A stretch of 64,000 nt of DNA from Thermofilaceae archaeon (GTDB lineage: Archaea; Thermoproteota; Thermoprotei; Thermofilales; Thermofilaceae). This document shows positions 48,584 to 58,818 of this stretch, piece by piece. The stretch is taken from positions 10,058-74,057 of the forward strand of contig JAVYWK010000007.1 in the NCBI GenBank assembly GCA_038727095.1. The letters are read 5' to 3'. Below the pieces are notes generated by a model. It was not told the DNA's origin, searched no databases, and worked only from the letters and a program-made list of their open reading frames with translations. The translations under genes were made by a program, and so were the position numbers. The stretch's first letter is position 1. Every line of letters begins with the position of its first letter.

Positions 48584-50959
48584 TTGACTGAGATGCTGAG
48601 AGAGTTCTGGCTGCTAGACGCTAGCTACGACGTAGTGGGAGGTATTCCCGAGGTTAGGCTCTGGGGTATCGACAGGAGTGGCGAGCGGGTTGTCGTGCTG
48701 GATAGGAGCTTTCGACCTTACATCTACGTTCTCCCGGAGGAAGGTTCAGAGGAGCGTGTCGCAAAGAGGATTGCGGGGATCGGTGGTAAGTTCGGTGTGA
48801 TAGGCGTCGAAATCGTTGATAAGAAGTACTTCGGGAAACCGGTTAAAGCCGTTAAGGTAACTTTAATGTCGCCTCGCGTTGTGCCTCAGCTCCGCGAAGC
48901 TGTAGCCAAGCTCGAGGGTGTGCGCGAGGTTCTAGAGGCCGACATCCGGTTCTACATGCGCTACATGATCGATAAGGGCGTGCGCCCCTGCGGCTGGCAC
49001 TCGGTTGAAGTCGAGGAAGTCCCCAACGAGCACGGCTGGAGAGTTGGGAAAGTCTACCTGGCTAAGTCTGCGCCGCAGCACCTGGGCCCCGAAGACCCTC
49101 CCGACTTGAGGATCTACGCCATCGATATCGAGTGCTACAACCCCTTTGGGGAGCCGAACGCGGATCGCGACCCGATCATCGTGGTATCGGTGAAGCGGGG
49201 CGGCGAAGTCAAAGTGTTCACGGCTGAGGGGAAGGATGATAAGCCGGCGATAGCGGCGTTCATCGAGGATCTGCAGACATTTGACCCCGACGTGATCGTT
49301 GGTTACAACAGCAACCGTTTCGACTGGCCCTACCTGCTGGAGCGCGCTAAGCGCCACGGATTGAAGCTCGATGTATCGAGGGGAGGAGGGGAGCCTACTC
49401 CCAGCGTGTACGGCCACTACTCGATAGTGGGGAGGGCCAACGTAGACCTGTACGACTTCGCTGAAGAGGTCTACGAGGTTAAAGTCAAGACGTTGGATAA
49501 CATAGCGGATTATCTTGGCGTAAAGAAGAGAAGCGAGAGAGTACTGATCGAGGGGCACAGAATCCACGAGTACTGGGACGACCCGAGCAAGAGGCCGCTG
49601 CTAATCAGGTACTCCATTGATGACGTTGAGAGCACGTACGGTCTCGCTGAGAAGTTCCTTCCCTTCGCCATCCAGCTGTCAAACATCGTCGGTCTTCCGC
49701 TAGACCAGGTTGGCGCAGCTTCCGTCGGGAACCGGGTCGATTGGTACTTGATGAGGGCTGCATTCGAGTACGGCGAGTTGATACCGAACAGGGTTGAACG
49801 ACCGTACGAGCCGTACCGCGGAGCGATCGTGCTCAAGCCCTCTCCGGGTGTCCACAAGAACGTAGCTGTGCTGGATTTTACTTCGATGTACCCCAGCCTG
49901 ATGATCAAGTACAACGTATCTCCAGACACCTACGTTCCGCCCGATGAGGTGGTCGATGATTCCCTGATCCATGTCGCACCAGAGGTGGGGCACCGCTTCA
50001 GGAGGGATCCTCCGGGCTTCTACAAGAAAGTGCTGGAGAGCTTGCTCGAGGCTAGGCGAGGGATCCGTGCGAAGATGAAGGGCTTGAATCCGGATTCACC
50101 TGAGTACAGGCTGCTCGATGAGAGGCAGAGAGCGTTGAAGGTTGTAGCGAACGCGAGCTACGGCTACTGCGGTTGGGTGGGGGCTAGGTGGTACAAGCGT
50201 GAGGTAGCTGAAGCCACGACGGCGTGGGGGCGGAAGACGATTACTGAGACCATAGCTCTCGCGAGAAAGCTGGGCTTGAGGGTGATCTACGGCGATACAG
50301 ATAGCGTATTCGTGGTGTACGAGCCTGAAAAAGTGGAGACGCTGGTGAAGGCGATTAACGAGCAGCTGAACCTGGACATCAAAGTCGATAAAGTCTACGT
50401 TAAGATCTTCTTCACGGAGGCGAAGAAGAGGTACTGCGGTCTCCTCGAGGACGGCCGCGTCGATGTGGTGGGGCTTGAGGCCGTGAGGGGTGACTGGGCG
50501 GAGATAGCCAAGGAAGTTCAGGAGAGGGTTATCGAACTTATACTGAAGGAGGGTGATGTGGGAGAAGCTGTTAACTATGTGAGGAGAGTGATCGAGGACC
50601 TAAGGAACGGGCGCATACCCTTCGAGAAGCTGATCATCTGGAAGTCCCTGGGGAAAGGCCTAGACGAGTACGAGGTTGAAGCTGCCCACGTCGCGGCTGC
50701 CAGGAGGCTTATAGAGAGCGGGTACAGGGTAGCGAAGGGCGGAAAGATAGGCTTCGTAATCGTCAGCGGCTCGGGTAGGCTCGCCGACAAGGCTGTTCCG
50801 TACATCATGCTGAAAAGTATGAGTGAGGTGGATCTCGATTACTACGTGAGGAAACAGGTGATCCCCGCCGCGATGAGGGTTCTCGAGTACTTCGGCGTGA
50901 AGGAGAACCAACTGCTCGAAACCGGTCAACGAACGCTGCTCGATTTCTTCGGCGGCTAA
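48584..50959 (+). CDS. polB: family B DNA polymerase (PolB3-like), intein-free
   Basis: DIEC, YNSNRFD, DFTSMYPS, KVVANASYGY, YGDTDS, KKRY. Confidence 0.96.
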   Translation: MTEMLREFWLLDASYDVVGGIPEVRLWGIDRSGERVVVLDRSFRPYIYVLPEEGSEERVAKRIAGIGGKFGVIGVEIVDKKYFGKPVKAVKVTLMSPRVVPQLREAVAKLEGVREVLEADIRFYMRYMIDKGVRPCGWHSVEVEEVPNEHGWRVGKVYLAKSAPQHLGPEDPPDLRIYAIDIECYNPFGEPNADRDPIIVVSVKRGGEVKVFTAEGKDDKPAIAAFIEDLQTFDPDVIVGYNSNRFDWPYLLERAKRHGLKLDVSRGGGEPTPSVYGHYSIVGRANVDLYDFAEEVYEVKVKTLDNIADYLGVKKRSERVLIEGHRIHEYWDDPSKRPLLIRYSIDDVESTYGLAEKFLPFAIQLSNIVGLPLDQVGAASVGNRVDWYLMRAAFEYGELIPNRVERPYEPYRGAIVLKPSPGVHKNVAVLDFTSMYPSLMIKYNVSPDTYVPPDEVVDDSLIHVAPEVGHRFRRDPPGFYKKVLESLLEARRGIRAKMKGLNPDSPEYRLLDERQRALKVVANASYGYCGWVGARWYKREVAEATTAWGRKTITETIALARKLGLRVIYGDTDSVFVVYEPEKVETLVKAINEQLNLDIKVDKVYVKIFFTEAKKRYCGLLEDGRVDVVGLEAVRGDWAEIAKEVQERVIELILKEGDVGEAVNYVRRVIEDLRNGRIPFEKLIIWKSLGKGLDEYEVEAAHVAAARRLIESGYRVAKGGKIGFVIVSGSGRLADKAVPYIMLKSMSEVDLDYYVRKQVIPAAMRVLEYFGVKENQLLETGQRTLLDFFGG

Positions 50960-50972
50960 CCTAGGGAGTAAC

Positions 50973-51641
50973 TTACGCGCTTGTGGAGTAGATGGTGATG
51001 AGGTAAAGGTCGTCAGCGGCCGAGTTTAGTAGGTCAGCGGTATCCTCGATCATCTCGGCTATGTTGAGAAGCAGGAACATGATGGGAGCAGCCAGTTTTG
51101 ATTCTAGAGTTGAAAAAATCGCCTCTCTGTACAGCGTATCCATCTCTTTCTCGGAGCTCGATATCTTACCTCTGGCTTCGAGAGCGCGATCCCTGTTTGT
51201 GAGAGCCGAGTTCATCATGGCTAGGTAGCTGTCCATTATTGATAGTAGAAGTGTCGTCATTTTCGCCAGTAGGTCCCTTAGAGGCAAGGGGGATTCCCAG
51301 GGCTTGGTGAGCAGAAACTCTATCCTATGGGCTAACCCTCCCAACTTATCCACAATACCCCCTATCTTGGAGAAGATCCCTAACCATTCCTCCCGGGTGT
51401 ATAGCGACGGCGCAATTCGGGAGAAGTAACTGAGGAACTCCTGCTGAACCCTTTCCGCTTGCTTCTTCTGCTCACTTATCTCCACTGAAGCCGCTGGAGG
51501 CTCCGCCCCTACTCCACTCGTGAGTAGGCTTGACAGGCTCTTAGCCATTTCCCTAGCTGCGAGGAGCTCGTTGCGCAGTAGACTCATCAACTTCTCGTCA
51601 GCAGTCGCTGCAGGGCCCCCTGCCGCGATTGTAACACTCAA
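50973..51641 (-). CDS. DUF47/PhoU-like protein
   Basis: Helical repeat, SEKEMDTLYR..EMIEDTAD. Confidence 0.75.
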   Translation of the reverse strand: MSVTIAAGGPAATADEKLMSLLRNELLAAREMAKSLSSLLTSGVGAEPPAASVEISEQKKQAERVQQEFLSYFSRIAPSLYTREEWLGIFSKIGGIVDKLGGLAHRIEFLLTKPWESPLPLRDLLAKMTTLLLSIMDSYLAMMNSALTNRDRALEARGKISSSEKEMDTLYREAIFSTLESKLAAPIMFLLLNIAEMIEDTADLLNSAADDLYLITIYSTSA

Positions 51642-51946
51642 GGTCTCTCACCCGCTGGACTCAGAGCCCGTGTAGCAGCTATGGTGTTATCGGCGATACC
51701 CAGCTCCTTCATTTCATCGGAGTTACACCAGATCTCGTTCTCCGGAACCTTATCTAGGGGTAGCGCGGTAAAAACGTACTTCTTCTTACCACCGATCACT
51801 ATCTCAACCTTATCCTTAATACCGAGGTACTCCATAGCTTTGGGGTTCATCCTAGCCTGGCCCCTTGGAACCTCGTCGCGCCTCCTCACTCGCAATCGCC
51901 GCTCTCTAACGCCCAAGATCACACCCGCGATCTGCTCGTACCTCAC
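51638..51946 (-). CDS. small double-psi beta-barrel protein (Cdc48 N-domain-like); start uncertain
   Basis: Internal repeat GQARMNPKAMEYLGI / NEIWCNSDEMKELGI. Confidence 0.65.
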   Translation of the reverse strand: MRYEQIAGVILGVRERRLRVRRRDEVPRGQARMNPKAMEYLGIKDKVEIVIGGKKKYVFTALPLDKVPENEIWCNSDEMKELGIADNTIAATRALSPAGERP

Positions 51947-51969
51947 GGATATAAGTGTTGCTCGAACCG

Positions 51970-52929
51970 TTACCCAAATTTTCTAACACGAATCAGCTTG
52001 ACGATCCCTCTCTCGACAACGATGGCATCACCCCTTCTCAATATCACAGGGTCAAGGCCCAGCGATTCGAACTCCCGCGCAAGCATCGCGTGAATCAGTA
52101 GAAGCTCAGCGTTGTTGATGATGCTCCACGCTATCTCAGTCGGGTTTTGAGCGACCGCTATCATGCACTCACCGTACTTGCGGAGCTCCGCAAACATCCG
52201 CTCACCTATCGTCGGTTCAGAGTCTAAACGACGGTAAGGTATCATGTTCCAAGCTTCCTCTACTAGCGTTGCGTGAACAATACCCTCTGCTATCCCTCGC
52301 TTGATCGCCGCGTTGTAGAGCTCCTTTAGCAATAGGAGCGAAAACAGCTTTTTTGCGTAAATACTTTTGAAGACACTTAGATCGACAGTGAAGCATTTAT
52401 TGAAAAAACTTTCCGCGACTACGTAACCGTTGAGCGCACGAGCTATCCTACCCTCAGTTAGCGGGCTGATCCTTCTGACCAAGGCCGCTTTGGTCTCATG
52501 ATCGTAGTACGACCTTATCGGAACCTCCTCCAGCGCCTCGAGGATGCCGTTTATCCCCCTGAAGCCCTTCGACATTGCGTGCTTCACGGCAGTTCTCAGC
52601 ATAAACAGCTGCGGGGGGGTTAGGTGAAAGACCGCATCGAATAGATCGACGATTACGTCGACTGTCTCGGGGTCGTAAGATTGATACGGATCCATAACGC
52701 ATAGGGAGAGATCCTCCCCCGGCGTAAGTCTCGTGAACCCGGGGATCTCGTACTCGCCGGCCCAATCAAGAACGAGAACGGGTATGCCTCTTTTTGAGAT
52801 CTCGGATACTAAAACTTTCGCGGTATTACTCTTTCCCGATCCGGATCGACCTAGGATGACGGCGTGGCCCTGCCGTAGCTCGATGCGACCCTTGAATCTG
52901 CCAAGTTTAATTTTCAAAGCTCTAACCAC
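51970..52929 (-). CDS. HerA/VirB4-like ATPase (DUF87)
   Basis: HAVILGRSGSGKS, LDWAGEY, VEEAW, ELRKYG..Q. Confidence 0.85.
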   Translation of the reverse strand: MVRALKIKLGRFKGRIELRQGHAVILGRSGSGKSNTAKVLVSEISKRGIPVLVLDWAGEYEIPGFTRLTPGEDLSLCVMDPYQSYDPETVDVIVDLFDAVFHLTPPQLFMLRTAVKHAMSKGFRGINGILEALEEVPIRSYYDHETKAALVRRISPLTEGRIARALNGYVVAESFFNKCFTVDLSVFKSIYAKKLFSLLLLKELYNAAIKRGIAEGIVHATLVEEAWNMIPYRRLDSEPTIGERMFAELRKYGECMIAVAQNPTEIAWSIINNAELLLIHAMLAREFESLGLDPVILRRGDAIVVERGIVKLIRVRKFG

Positions 52930-52970
52930 GTGTAAAGTATCTGGTAGTGTAAAGCGGAAAGAAAGGTTAA

Positions 52971-53540
52971 ATGTACTTACGATCTAGCGAGGTCGTGGCT
53001 ACTCGAGCGGTTCTTCTGGGCAGGAGGGTTGTGCTGTTCGATAGGGTTAGGGCGAGGGAGCTCTACTTTAACGAGGGTTTCTACGGCAAGTTCTTCAACG
53101 TTAGTAAACCGAAGGTTCCTAACGTTGAGCGGGAGTTGGAACTATCGTTGCTCGAGGCGGTCTACCTCTCTGAGAAGGGCCTTCTTGAGGTCGTCGATGA
53201 GGAGGGTAAGGCGGTCAGTGTAGAGACCCTAAGGGAGGTGAGTCGAAAGGTCTTCGAGAACTTCGATGAAGTGTACGCTGTTTACAAGGATTTGAGGGAT
53301 AGGGGGCTTGTCATCAAATCGGGGATGAAGTTCGGAGCAACTTTCCTCGTGTATAGGTTGGGTCCCGGTTTAGAGCACGCACCGTTTCTAGTACACGTGC
53401 TGCCTTACGACAGCAAGCTGGACCCTATCGAGATTGTTAGAGCCGGGCGGCTTTCCCACTCTGTGAGGAAACGTTTCATAATAGCGTTTGTGGACGAAAC
53501 AGGGAGAGTAGGGTACCTACAGTTCAAATGGTTAATGTAG
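52971..53540 (+). CDS. endA: tRNA-splicing endonuclease, catalytic subunit
   Basis: LSLLEAVYL, VYKDLRDRG..SGMKFG..VY..H..RK (Y-H-K triad). Confidence 0.93.
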   Translation: MYLRSSEVVATRAVLLGRRVVLFDRVRARELYFNEGFYGKFFNVSKPKVPNVERELELSLLEAVYLSEKGLLEVVDEEGKAVSVETLREVSRKVFENFDEVYAVYKDLRDRGLVIKSGMKFGATFLVYRLGPGLEHAPFLVHVLPYDSKLDPIEIVRAGRLSHSVRKRFIIAFVDETGRVGYLQFKWLM

Positions 53541-53572
53541 ATAAAAAGAGGATTAACGGGTAACCGAGCCTG

Positions 53573-54676
53573 CTACTCTTCAGCTGGCTTGAACCTGTTT
53601 CTCAGCTTTTCGAGCACTGCCGGCAGTGTTGTGTACTCCATCTCCTCTGGGCCTAGCCTGTGAGGCATGAAGGGACCGTGCCTCCTCAAGTAATCAGCGA
53701 TTTGCTGGGCCACCGTCCTGGTGTAGTCGAAGCCGGGGTCGTCGAACATGTCGTTGGGGCCCTCCAGGTAGCCGTCATGCAGCTGGAAGCCTAGTGCAAT
53801 GACCCTCGGCGGGCCATCAAACCTAGTGCACTTTGCGTGCCTCAGGGCTACCGGCATGAGAGGCCCGTGGTGGCTACCCCTCATCCATCCCGCTACTATG
53901 TGGGGGAAGGCGAAGGCTTCAAGGACTTCACCAACAGCTGGGAAACCGTGCTGAGTCCTAACGAGTAGGACTGGGTCATCCTTGCCCACGTACCTGCCTG
54001 CAATTAAGCTCAGCCTAGTAACGCTAGCAGAAGCTGCAATCTCGTTATCGGATTTCCTGAACACTCGCTTTACCACATATCTACCAGGAGTGCCGATTAG
54101 TGCCAGAAGGTCGTAAAGCTCCTCGGGCGTGTTCATGATAACACTCTTGTGCTCAATAACGTCGTACACTTCGAAGCGGAAACCGTCGTGCATGCTCGGA
54201 TCGATCACTAGGCCCGCCGTGTTAAACGGGTCTGCAAACATCTTGTATAGCGGCATATTCCAAGCGCCAGGTTCGGTCTTGTCAGCCGCGAACGCGATGA
54301 TCGGCTCGCTGCGGCGTTCTTCAAAGGTCATCTCGGCAACACCCGGCCCCATACCCTTTACGTTACCGCTGAAGGTGTCCTTCAGCAGATCCTGGCCAGC
54401 GCCGTAGAGCTTCAACGGCCTACTTATCTTCTCTGTTGCTTCAACGAATGTATCCCATGCCAATTTGTGAATCTCCGGGTTATTCTCACCTCTTGTATGA
54501 GTCATAAGGAGCTGCAGATCGTCGCCTACGTTGAAGACGTAGTAATCGATGATAAGTCCGGTCTCCTTCGCAGTCTGAAGCTTCTTCTGCGCGTATTCGA
54601 TTAACTTGGGGTGGACAGTGCTGTGGCCAACCCAGCCTCCAATGTCAGCTTTGATCAGGCTTACGGTGACTTTCAT
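53573..54676 (-). CDS. fbp: fructose-1,6-bisphosphate aldolase/phosphatase
   Basis: IKADIGG..GH, LYGAGQDLL, DKTEPGA, YVGKDDP, GWMRGSH. Confidence 0.97.
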   Translation of the reverse strand: MKVTVSLIKADIGGWVGHSTVHPKLIEYAQKKLQTAKETGLIIDYYVFNVGDDLQLLMTHTRGENNPEIHKLAWDTFVEATEKISRPLKLYGAGQDLLKDTFSGNVKGMGPGVAEMTFEERRSEPIIAFAADKTEPGAWNMPLYKMFADPFNTAGLVIDPSMHDGFRFEVYDVIEHKSVIMNTPEELYDLLALIGTPGRYVVKRVFRKSDNEIAASASVTRLSLIAGRYVGKDDPVLLVRTQHGFPAVGEVLEAFAFPHIVAGWMRGSHHGPLMPVALRHAKCTRFDGPPRVIALGFQLHDGYLEGPNDMFDDPGFDYTRTVAQQIADYLRRHGPFMPHRLGPEEMEYTTLPAVLEKLRNRFKPAEE

Positions 54677-54857
54677 CGTTGCAAGGTGCCAATACAGCCC
54701 TTAAATGCTTTGTTCTATTACATGTAAAAAGGTACACTCAGTTATAGTAAGAAAATCCATTCAAACTATACAAAATATAAACAACTTCATATAACTAACG
54801 AAGAAATTCATCTGTAATTTTACGTAAGGTTAAAGGCAGCACAATAAAGCAGCTGAA

Positions 54858-54967
54858 TGGTGCCGGGGCCGGGATTTGAACCCGGGACCTTCCGGTTTCT
54901 TCCGGTTTCCCGTCTTCAGCCGGACGCTCTATAGCGCGGGGGTACCGACCCGCTGAGCTACCCCGGC
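54858..54967 (-). tRNA. tRNA-Phe(GAA) with introns at 20/21 (54931-54948) and 37/38 (54897-54913)
   Basis: AGCG/CGCT BHB in D-loop; anticodon intron with CGG-GAAA-CCG hairpin; CCA. Confidence 0.88.
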
Positions 54968-55014
54968 TGTATGAGTATTGATTGGAGGGGCCTTAAGGCT
55001 TTCGCAACTGTTGT

Positions 55015-56553
55015 TCATGTGCTGGAGGAGTCGGATCGAGCGCGCTGCGATACTGTATCCCATTTGGCAAGGATGCTTTCTATTGTGTGAGTAAGTTGAT
55101 TGATTGGTATTCTAATCTGTTCCTTAGTATCTCTAAATCTTATTGTAACAGTATCATCCTCTAATGTTTGCCCATCGATTGTTACGGCCAGAGGGATGCC
55201 CATCTCGTCAGCTTCGTAGTACCTCCTACCGATCGTACCCTTCTCCTCGTAGTACGCGGTATATCGCTCCTTCAGCAACTTGTATACTTCTCTAGCTTTC
55301 GCTGTGAAATCGGGTTTGCTGACTATCGGGAATACGGCCACCTTAATGGGGGCTACTCTCGCGTGGAGGGATAGGACTGGTCTCCCTGCTACAACTCTAT
55401 ACGCGTCGGTTATGAGGGCTAACAGGATCCGCTCGAGGCCGAAGGAAGGTTCTATCACGTAGGGTATTACGGTCTCACCATCATCCTCCAGGGTCATGCT
55501 TTTCCCGCTGAACTCCTGGTGTCTGCGCAGGTCGTAATCGCTTCTGTTGGAGATACCCTCAATCTCCTTCCAGCCCATGAAGGGGAAGTAGTACTCCACA
55601 TCGAATGTTTGCAGAGCGTAGTGCGCGAGCTCCGTCTTCACGTGCTCCCGTACCCGCAGCCGTTCAGGGTTCAACCCGATCCTGGTCAACCACGCGATCG
55701 ATTCTCCAATCCAGTACGCGTGCCATTTGCACCCAATGTATCCCTCTTCGTACGCCTCGCGAAGGGTGATCCTCAAGGGAGTATCGCTACCCCTCTCTTG
55801 CTGCTCAGCTGTAAGAAGCTGGATAGTAACTTCGGCAACTTCGTCGAACATCGGGCAATCATCGAGCCTCTTGGGATTCACGAAGTACTCGATTTCCATC
55901 TGAGTGAACTCCCTCAATCTGAATAGGAAACCTCTGGGTGATATTTCGTTTCTAAAAACTTCTCCAATTTGGGCTATTCCAAAAGGTAATTTCATTCCTG
56001 CAGTATAATAAACATCCTTTAAATTTATGAATATCAACTGAGCGGTTTCCGGCCTAAGGTACACCTCATCAGCCTTTTCCCTTTTTGGTCCAACGTACGT
56101 CGTAAACATCAGGTTAAACGGCTGTGGATTGCTCAGTTCTCCACCACACTCAGGACACTTGATACCCCTCTCCTTTATGACGGAGGAGAGTGTCTCAAGG
56201 GTCACCGATGTGAGCTGGATGCCCAGATCCTCCAGTAGGTGGTCAGCCCTATAGTCCTTCCCGCACTTCAGGCAGGTCACTAGAAAGTCGAAGAATGCCT
56301 CTACGTGTCCGCTTGCCTCCCATGTTCTCGGGTGCGTTATGATGGAGCCGTGAATCCCCACAATGTCGGATCTACGCCTGACGAAGAAGTACCACCAGTC
56401 ATCCAAGACCTCCTTCCTCAACTCGACCCCCAGTGGGCCGTAATCGTAGAAGCCCCTTAGACCTCCGTAGATTCGTCCGCTTGGGAAAAAGAAACCCCTC
56501 TTAATGCAGAAGCTTGTTAGTTCGTCAAGAGTTAGGACTTTCGCAGTCTGCAT
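55015..56553 (-). CDS. glyS: glycyl-tRNA synthetase (alpha2 type)
   Basis: DYGPLG, FNLMF, LRPETAQ, FRNEISPR..REFTQME, IEPSFG. Confidence 0.96.
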   Translation of the reverse strand: MQTAKVLTLDELTSFCIKRGFFFPSGRIYGGLRGFYDYGPLGVELRKEVLDDWWYFFVRRRSDIVGIHGSIITHPRTWEASGHVEAFFDFLVTCLKCGKDYRADHLLEDLGIQLTSVTLETLSSVIKERGIKCPECGGELSNPQPFNLMFTTYVGPKREKADEVYLRPETAQLIFINLKDVYYTAGMKLPFGIAQIGEVFRNEISPRGFLFRLREFTQMEIEYFVNPKRLDDCPMFDEVAEVTIQLLTAEQQERGSDTPLRITLREAYEEGYIGCKWHAYWIGESIAWLTRIGLNPERLRVREHVKTELAHYALQTFDVEYYFPFMGWKEIEGISNRSDYDLRRHQEFSGKSMTLEDDGETVIPYVIEPSFGLERILLALITDAYRVVAGRPVLSLHARVAPIKVAVFPIVSKPDFTAKAREVYKLLKERYTAYYEEKGTIGRRYYEADEMGIPLAVTIDGQTLEDDTVTIRFRDTKEQIRIPINQLTHTIESILAKWDTVSQRARSDSSST

Positions 56554-56585
56554 CGCATCTACACCCTGCTCTGCGACATTTTAAA

Positions 56586-57884
56586 TTATGTACCGAGCTT
56601 CCACGATCTTAAGTACTCCTTCTGCTCGTCAGTGAGCTTCTCCAGTTTAACGTTAAGGGATTTCAGCTTCAGTAGAGCTATCCTTCGATCAATCTTGCTG
56701 GGCAGCTTGTAAACGCCGGGGGCGAGCTCACCCTTACGTCTAACCAGGTAAACGACTGCTAATGCTTGGTTGCTAAAGCTCATATCCATGACTTCGGAGG
56801 GGTGCCCCTCCGCTGCCGCTAGGTTGACCAAGCGGCCCTCGCTGAGTAGGTAGAGGCGTCGCCCGTCGGCTAACCGGTACTCGTCCAAGCCGGGCCTGAT
56901 CCGTCTCTTAGATACTGCCAGCTTCTCTAGATCGGGTATGCAGATCTCGACGTTGAAGTGGCCGGCGTTAGCCAGGATCGCACCATCCTTCATTCTGGCC
57001 ATATGCTCGCCCCTGATCACGTTGATGTTACCGGTGGCTGTGATGAACACGTCGCCCAGCTCTGAGGCCTGCAGCATGTCGGTCACAATGAAACCATCGT
57101 AGTAGGCTTCGAGGGCTTTCACCGGATCGACTTCGACTACCACCACCTTGGCCCCCAGACCCCTGGCGCGCATCGCTATCCCCCTACCCACCCATCCGTA
57201 GCCGGCCACGACCACGGTTTTCCCCGCTACTAGGAGGTTCGTTGCCCTCATGATACCGTCGAATGTGCTCTGCCCAGTCCCATACCTGTTATCGAAGAGG
57301 TACTTCGTTCGAGATTCGTTAACAGCTATGATCGGGTAGAGGAGTCGCCCCTCCCTTGCGAGCGAGCGCAGCCTTACGACCCCCGTTGTTGTCTCCTCGG
57401 TGCCGCCTATAACGCTGGGCTTCGCTCCCCCCGCTACCTCCCTTACGATGCTGACATCCTCCCCAACCTCATTGTAGTGGAGCTTATGGATGATCGCCGT
57501 TAGATCGCCACCATCATCCATAGTTATGTCAGGCTCGGCGGCAATAACACGGCCCAGCGCCTCGTAGTAGTCGCGCGTACTCATCCCACGCCACGCGAAA
57601 ACGTGCACCCCCTCTTCCGCCAGCGCTGCAGCTACCGCATCCTGAGTGGAAAGGGGGTTGCTAGCGGCTAAGTAAACTTCCGCACCCGCCGCTACCAGGG
57701 TCCTAGCTAGAACTGCGGTCTCCTTTGTCACGTGCAGGCAGGCACCCACCCTTAAGCCCTCAAGGGGGCGAGTGCGGGAGAGTCGACGCCTGATTTCGAG
57801 GAGGACGGGCATCTGTGCTTCAGCCCACTCAATCTGTAGCCTCCCCTCAGGGGCGAGGCTGAGGTCCTTAACCCTGTAGTCCAT
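56586..57884 (-). CDS. ahcY: adenosylhomocysteinase
   Basis: [41 protein letters not shown]. Confidence 0.97.
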   Translation of the reverse strand: MDYRVKDLSLAPEGRLQIEWAEAQMPVLLEIRRRLSRTRPLEGLRVGACLHVTKETAVLARTLVAAGAEVYLAASNPLSTQDAVAAALAEEGVHVFAWRGMSTRDYYEALGRVIAAEPDITMDDGGDLTAIIHKLHYNEVGEDVSIVREVAGGAKPSVIGGTEETTTGVVRLRSLAREGRLLYPIIAVNESRTKYLFDNRYGTGQSTFDGIMRATNLLVAGKTVVVAGYGWVGRGIAMRARGLGAKVVVVEVDPVKALEAYYDGFIVTDMLQASELGDVFITATGNINVIRGEHMARMKDGAILANAGHFNVEICIPDLEKLAVSKRRIRPGLDEYRLADGRRLYLLSEGRLVNLAAAEGHPSEVMDMSFSNQALAVVYLVRRKGELAPGVYKLPSKIDRRIALLKLKSLNVKLEKLTDEQKEYLRSWKLGT

Positions 57885-57957
57885 CGGCGCGCTGACGAGT
57901 AGAGCTTTAAAGACTTTGCCGAGCTAAAACAAAAACATTTATTTTAGACAAAAATTT

Positions 57958-58761
57958 TTACATTAAAGCTTCGGTCAAGTACCTCTCGCAGCCACACTTC
58001 CTCTCCTTCGGAATCGCAGGGACTAACTCGTATAAGAGCTTCTTCACCTTCTCGATGTTCTCCGCCATAACTCGAGCAACCTCATGGGCGGTCACGGGGC
58101 GCTCAGCCCACACATCATAGTCAGTCACCATCGCGATATTCACGAAGCACATTCCGGCCTCCCGGGCTAAGTTCACTTCGGGAACGAGGGTCATTCCGAT
58201 GATATCCGCTCCAAACTGCCTCCACAACCTCGACTCGGCACGCGTGGAGAAGCGAGGTCCCTCGATGCAGACGTAGGTGCCACGCTCGTGCATCGAGATG
58301 CCCAACCTTCTAGCGGTGGTGATGCACACCTCGCGGAGCTCGGGGCAGAAGGGGTCAGCCATGCTAACGTGTGCCACAACCGGGCCGTCGAAGAACGTGT
58401 AAACCCTGTTCTTAGTCATATCGATGAACTGGTCGGGGCACACGAAGTCTCCCGGTTTGTAATCCTCCCTTAGGCTACCGACAGCGCTAACAGCTACGAC
58501 CCTTTGAACGCCCAGCTCCTTCAGAGCCCATATGTTAGCCCTGTAGTTTATCCCGTGCGGGGGCACCTTGTGTCTGCGCCCGTGCCGCGGCAGGAACGCG
58601 ATGCGCCTACCCTTCAAAGTACCCAGCGTTATGAAGTCGGAGGGTTCACCATAGGGGGTATAAACCTTGATCTCTTTAACATCTTCCAGAATAGCCGGGT
58701 CGTAGAGCCCCGAGCCACCAATGATGCCAATCTCAGCTGTTTCACCGGTTTTTATCATCAC
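57958..58761 (-). CDS. mtnP: S-methyl-5'-thioadenosine phosphorylase
   Basis: [28 protein letters not shown]. Confidence 0.93.
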   Translation of the reverse strand: MMIKTGETAEIGIIGGSGLYDPAILEDVKEIKVYTPYGEPSDFITLGTLKGRRIAFLPRHGRRHKVPPHGINYRANIWALKELGVQRVVAVSAVGSLREDYKPGDFVCPDQFIDMTKNRVYTFFDGPVVAHVSMADPFCPELREVCITTARRLGISMHERGTYVCIEGPRFSTRAESRLWRQFGADIIGMTLVPEVNLAREAGMCFVNIAMVTDYDVWAERPVTAHEVARVMAENIEKVKKLLYELVPAIPKERKCGCERYLTEALM

Positions 58762-58818
58762 TATGAAAAGGGATCGGGGGTTAAAATACTCTACGCATCA
58801 AGCCCGCGATAACTCCCG

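Noticed and set aside
48584-50959. Possible intein or inactivation in PolB
   Set aside because: Normal length with all exonuclease and polymerase motifs contiguous and intact
54889-54909. Tandem GAAACCGGAA duplication in tRNA-Phe as a possible attachment site or repeat
   Set aside because: Explained by the anticodon intron plus exon; no integrase or duplicated tRNA 3' end nearby
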